Shown here one piece after another: positions 59,198-64,000 of a DNA stretch of 64,000 nt. The position numbers were made by a program, and so were the translations under genes. Positions within the stretch are counted from its first letter, which is position 1. Each line of letters opens with the position of its first letter. Source of the stretch: Monocercomonoides exilis PA203 (taxonomy: Eukaryota; Protista; Preaxostyla); NCBI GenBank assembly GCA_001643675.2, contig LSRY02000027.1:1-64000 (forward strand), given 5' to 3'. A model generated the notes under the pieces. That model was not told the origin of the DNA. It saw only the letters and a list, made by a program, of their open reading frames with translations, and did not search any database.

Positions 59198-62100
59198 AGA
59201 TGAAGAAGAAGAAGGTGTTTGTGGGGGAGCTTCAAAACATTGAGAAACATGCTTTAATTGAGATGGCATGCAGAGATTAGAAAGAAGAGTGTTTGGATTT
59301 TCTTCGTTGAAGTCAAAATGATGCTGACACAAATAATTAGGAGAAGAGAAGGGAGGAATAGGAGCATCTTGTGTGAGTGTGGTTGAAGGAGGAACAAATC
59401 GAGTGAGATCTGAAGGAGCTTTGTGCAACACATAAATAGAAGTATGTGTTGATGAAGAAGAGGATAAAGGAGAGGATGATGAAGAGGATGATGAAGAGGA
59501 TGATGATGATGTCTGTTCAGATGGATTAGATTGTTCTAATTGATCAACATTGAATGTGTCGTCATCTTCATTTGTGTTCACTCTTTCAGTCATCAAAGAG
59601 AGCAGATTGAAAACAGGCGACTCTTTCGCCTGTTGTCGTGCCAAATTCACAACCAGATCAGAAAAAGTTTGATCATTTGAGAACATTTCATTGGAATGAG
59701 CTAAATGCTTCGATGCTTCATCTACCCTTTCAGCTTTCTTTGATTCGTCATCTGTGTCTTGTTCCATTTCCTCTGTTAATGTGATAAAGGCTGCCATTCC
59801 ATTTGAACTTGCAGGCAGAATAGCTTCACTCTTTCCATTTGAGCCATTTTGTATTCCTTTTTCTTCCTCTGAAGATGAAGCATCTTCTGAATGTGTTTGG
59901 GACTCCTTCTGCAAGCACAGCACAGTTTGTATCGAAAGTGATTTGAGTGGCACATATGGCTGATCATCTTCTGCTTCTTCTTCTGCTGTTGCTGTTGTGT
60001 TGATTCCGTCTTTTTTCTTTTTGTTTTTCTTTGCCTTTTTCTTTGACGTGCTTTTCGTTTTGTCTTCGTCTTCGGTTTTCTTTTCGTTTGCATTCGTTTT
60101 GTTCATCTGTCTTTCAGCGATTGATCTCTTCAACTTCTTTATTTGGCTGCCAATCAGCTCCTTCTCAATCAGATGCGCAGTCGTCACCAGAAACTGCACC
60201 ACATCAGCCGCAACAGAAATCGCTTCTTCGCTCAAAAGCTCCTGTTTCATTGCGCAATACAATGCAAATATCTTCAATATTTCCTGTTTCGCTTGAGATG
60301 CCCGAAGAAGTAGCGCAGACAAATACGAAAGAAGATAGCGCTTCAGAAGCGAGGGCATTCCAACATGCATTTCTGAATAGTGTCTGCCTGGATATGGATC
60401 AGAAAGAGGGTGCATCGAAGAGATGTTGAAAAGGGGAACAAGCAGACTCACAGACGGCGGGTGAGGGATGTACGAAGGCACACGAGAGACCGGTGCATTT
60501 GGTGCTCTTTCGGTGAATGGGAGTTCGTCTGAGTCAGAACAGACGGTGCCTGTCAGAAGAGACAGAAGCGGAGTGAACAGCTCGTGGATCGTGTTGAACA
60601 GCTGCGGGAGAGTGTCTTCTGGTTCACTCGGCGCCAGAATGTCGTCTGGTTCGCTTTTTGTGCGCTTTCTTTTGCTGCTCGACGACTTCGATGAGACAAT
60701 TTCTCTGCTCTCTCCGCGGGACGATCGGTAGCTCTTGTGCGACTCCTCCAGCGCCATCCGCCTCCGCTGCCACGAAAAAGCATGTGGAAACTTTCGAAAG
60801 GCGTTCATCTGCTGCAGCGTGAGAAGAGTCTGCAGTTGTTCGTTCTTCAGCACAGTCAGTGCGAAGATGAAGCGCGAGATTGATTTCTGCCGAAGGGCAT
60901 TCATAATCTGACTCAGCGATGTCTCAGAGGCAGAAGGAGACATCGTCCTCAGCGTGTCCATGATGGATGTTATTCCACTGCTGATTGAATTGCTATACGC
61001 GCGTGAAAGAGCTGTCGATGTTGATGCCTCAGACTGGTTAGTTGGATTTAGTGACTGTGCAATCCATTGCTTTGACTCAAGCGATGTAACCAGACTGAAC
61101 TTGGAGAGTGCGCATGCATTCAACGATGCACTCTCATCGTCTGCTGTCCAATTCGCTTTGACAATTCCATCTGATTTTTCTGTTTCTTTGTCCGTGTCTC
61201 CACTGCCAGACTCTTCAATGTCTGTTATTTTTGGTCCCTTTTTCTTGGTTGAGCTGTTCTTTTCGTCTTCTGCCGATTTCTTTTTGAAGGGAGTTCCGTT
61301 TTCTTCCTCTTCAGACATCCTGTTGAACACCTCCAGTGCCTCCTTTGCCTGCTCGATGAAGTCGTGGTTCTCCTTCCGCCTTGCCATCTTCGCAGCTGCA
61401 ACAGACAGCGCACAGCAGAGGGGCAGGCTGAGATAAGCCGAGCTGTTCTGGAGATGACAGCTGCAGCTCCCAAAAGGCTCGTCGTTGTGCCCATTTTTGG
61501 CTGCTCCATTGCGACGGGACGGCTGCTTCGCTTTTGGCACAGAAAGCTCATCGTCTTCAAAGTGCCGACGAATTTCCTTGCTGAACTGAGTGAAATGATC
61601 TTCTTTTGCATCGTCTGAAGACGAAGACGATGAAGCAGAAGAAGCAGAAGCAGAAGATGAAGAAGAAGAGGAAGAGGAAGAAGAAGAAAATGATGATGAT
61701 GATGATGATGATGCTGAAGCAGAAGTCGAATGTGCATGTTCATTCACACAGCTGTCCACTTCGCTGATGGAAGAGATGATTCGGATGAGCTCAGAGACAT
61801 TCCACTCGTAATGAAGAAGACGCTTAGCTGTCTCCAAAAGGAGCTGTTCAAATGAATTGAGCGACGAATTGGTTGCTTCCGAATTAGACGCATTCATCTT
61901 GTTGCTTTGAGCTTCATCTGTTTGCGAACAACTTGTGGAAGATGGCAAAGTTTCTTGTGTGTTCTGAGTGTTCTGAGTGTTCTGTTTGATGAATGATTGA
62001 GAGAAAAAGGTGGATTCAAAGAATGATGGTTTGTCTTCAGGTGATTGTGAAGATAACTCAAATGGCTGACCTGAAATGAACTCTGAGAATCTGTCAAAAA

Positions 62101-62926
62101 TCAGCTGCTTGTCGCTTTCGTTGAAGAGAGGCATCGAAAAGACAGCTGATTGGTGTGCTGATGCGACGTGTGTGTTTGGCTGGTGTGTTTGGCTGCTTTC
62201 GTCGTCAGCAAAAGAACTCGGCGGAATGATCCATTTCATTGGCAATGTTTGATCGGCTGCTGTGTCTTCTGCACTTTCTTTTTGTGTGTTTGCCTTCGAG
62301 CGATGGAAGCATTCCTCATTCATCAGCTCCTTCAGCGCTGAAAACTCGACTTTCTTTCTGATCATCGGCAGCTCTGAATTACCTCCGTGCAGAAAAAGAG
62401 ACGACAACGGTGCTTCAGCATCTTTGATGAGTCTGTATTCAATAGACGGATGGGATGACTCATCTTCTGTGTTCTCCGTCTCATCATCGTCTCCATCGTC
62501 TTTATCTTCTTCGTCGTCTTCCTTTGAAGATTCTTTGTGTTTTTCTTTTTCCTTCTTCTTTTCCTTTTCTTTCGCTGCTTTGCTCGATTTGTTCGATTTT
62601 GCTTCTTTTGCCTGTTCGCTCTTCTTTGTTCCCTTCTCATCGGAAAGTGCTTCTCCAAAGTCAGCACTGCAGATTTCCTGCAGAAGATGGATCCATCTTA
62701 GAAAATGCTCCAAATGTAGCTGCTTTCTGAAGAGTGGCTGGATGTGGTGTGTCCACTGCACACCTGTTTTATTGCTCGATTCACTCGGCGCATTCACACT
62801 AAAATCAGACAGGCGACGTGAAGGATTGCTGGTTGTGTTCTGCATCCCATCCAAATCAAACAGCAAAGTGTCCTTTGAGACAGAAGTGCTGACTTCATCG
62901 TCGTCTTCTTTGAGATGCTTTTGCAT
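46013..62926 (-). CDS. Giant low-complexity protein, >=5637 aa in one uninterrupted frame
   Basis: 16.9-kb stop-free ORF with poly-Ser/Pro tracts, (QEL)15, GYQ repeats and a long E/R/K tract. The frame stays open upstream to a TAATCAG acceptor-like site near 62957, so further 5' exons are likely. No recognisable catalytic domain. Confidence 0.85.
55968..56102. repeat. Perfect 9-bp minisatellite (TCTTGTAAC)x15 encoding (QEL)15
   Basis: 15 identical units, followed by related 9-bp CCCTTGATA units encoding GYQ up to ~56160. Confidence 0.95.
58985..59215. repeat. (GAA)n/(GGA)n trinucleotide microsatellite encoding poly-Ser/poly-Pro on the minus strand
   Basis: Long GAA and GGA runs within the giant ORF. 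Confidence 0.9.
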
Positions 62927-64000
62927 TGTGTTTGAGGCTGTGGTTGTTGCAGAAGCTGATTATAGACATATGACATTGAAGCAATCAAGTTTGATTTCAG
63001 ATTAAACGTTGGTCATAGAAAAAAAAGGTGATCATCCAAATTCGGTTTTATAAAAAAAAGAATTTCAAAGTTGAAAAGAAAAAACGATGAACAAAAAATA
63101 ATTTTTAATCATGACGAGTCAAACTTATTTTTTCGTTCGCTTTTTGCAATTCTTTGACTTTAGCCAGAGAAATGAACGGTTTGTTGCGCAATTGCGTTTG
63201 AGATAAATCCATAATTGATCCATCGGTTAGCTTAGCTTTATATTTACATTTAAGCAATAGAGTATCGTGACGCTGAACAGAAACGTTCATTAAAGATAAC
63301 GTAATAACTTCGAGTATGTAAAGATCTAAATAGAGTTAAATATGACATCATTTTGTTTTTGTTGAAAAAATAAAAATAAAAATAAAGTTCATTTTACAAA
63401 ATGGATTCATAGCAAACATCTGTGGACCGTTTCAAACTGCTGTTTCAAATTTACTGTTGGCACAAAAGATTGAAAAATGGTGTTCATCTGTTTAAAAAAT
63501 TTAAATTGTCATGCTAAAGGATAAATTTCAAAATAAATCAAAACCTCGTCAGCAGACAACAAAAATGGTGTCAAATAGAACTTAGCAATGTACTGAGGAT
63601 TGTATTGCAATTTTTTAATGTGCAAGTCCAAGATATAACAGCAAATCTCATTGATCTAAGAGCAAAACCTTTAGAAATATAAAGTATTAAAGCAAATCAA
63701 ACTGGATAAAAATCCATTTTTGTGTCCATTTTAAATTTCATCGTTTTCATTTTAATATTTGACATATCAATGAAGGCATAATAACTTATTGAAGAAATTT
63801 TTGAAGCGTAAGAAGTACTCTCTTTTAGATGGTAAGCATGTATCGTTGTTGTTGCAGATACACATGGCAACCAAAAGCGCAATAAGTCAATTTAAATAAT
63901 TTATTAAACAATGAATAAAAAAAGATATTGCACACCACTAAAAGAAGATGCCTTTTTCAAAACAACATCAATTCCATAGTGTCTAACTTCATCGACACAA

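Noticed and set aside
46013-62926. Genome-wide TAA/TAG=Gln code
   Set aside because: This very long Gln-rich ORF has no internal TAA/TAG and ends in TAG; YR copy 1 ends in TAA.
47353-63005. Numerous plus-strand and alternate-frame ORFs overlapping the giant gene
   Set aside because: Shadow ORFs of low-complexity coding sequence (F/L/S-rich or homopolymeric).

Overview
Left end of a eukaryotic chromosome, AT-rich and using the standard genetic code. The protein style suggests a metamonad or oxymonad-like protist, but that is inference only. Layout: ~2.96 kb (CCCTAA)n telomere (1-2962); ~43 copies of a ~369-bp purine-rich subtelomeric satellite (2963-~18712); two convergent, divergent-in-sequence genes each encoding a tyrosine recombinase (complete R-K-HxxR-W-Y set) fused to a C-terminal Myb-like domain (~19209-21864 +, 25729-29430 -). 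The 3.9-kb spacer between them holds two GC-rich hairpin islands, internal telomere-like motifs and a TA-flanked MITE. Further in are a degraded gene zone, a duplicated-domain type I membrane protein, a decayed PRP4/DYRK-like kinase, a UXT/prefoldin-alpha gene and a >5600-aa low-complexity ORF. There are two main leads. (1) A subtelomeric YR-Myb family that may be a telomere-associated recombinase/transposon system. (2) The spacer motif TAACCCTAACCTAGTTTTGAA (23841-23861), whose non-telomeric tail CTAGTTT(G)A also appears twice inside the telomere. This fits either a telomerase RNA template locus or a recombinase site. Homopolymer errors are likely in this assembly, so frameshifts and 5-mer/7-mer repeat variants are uncertain.
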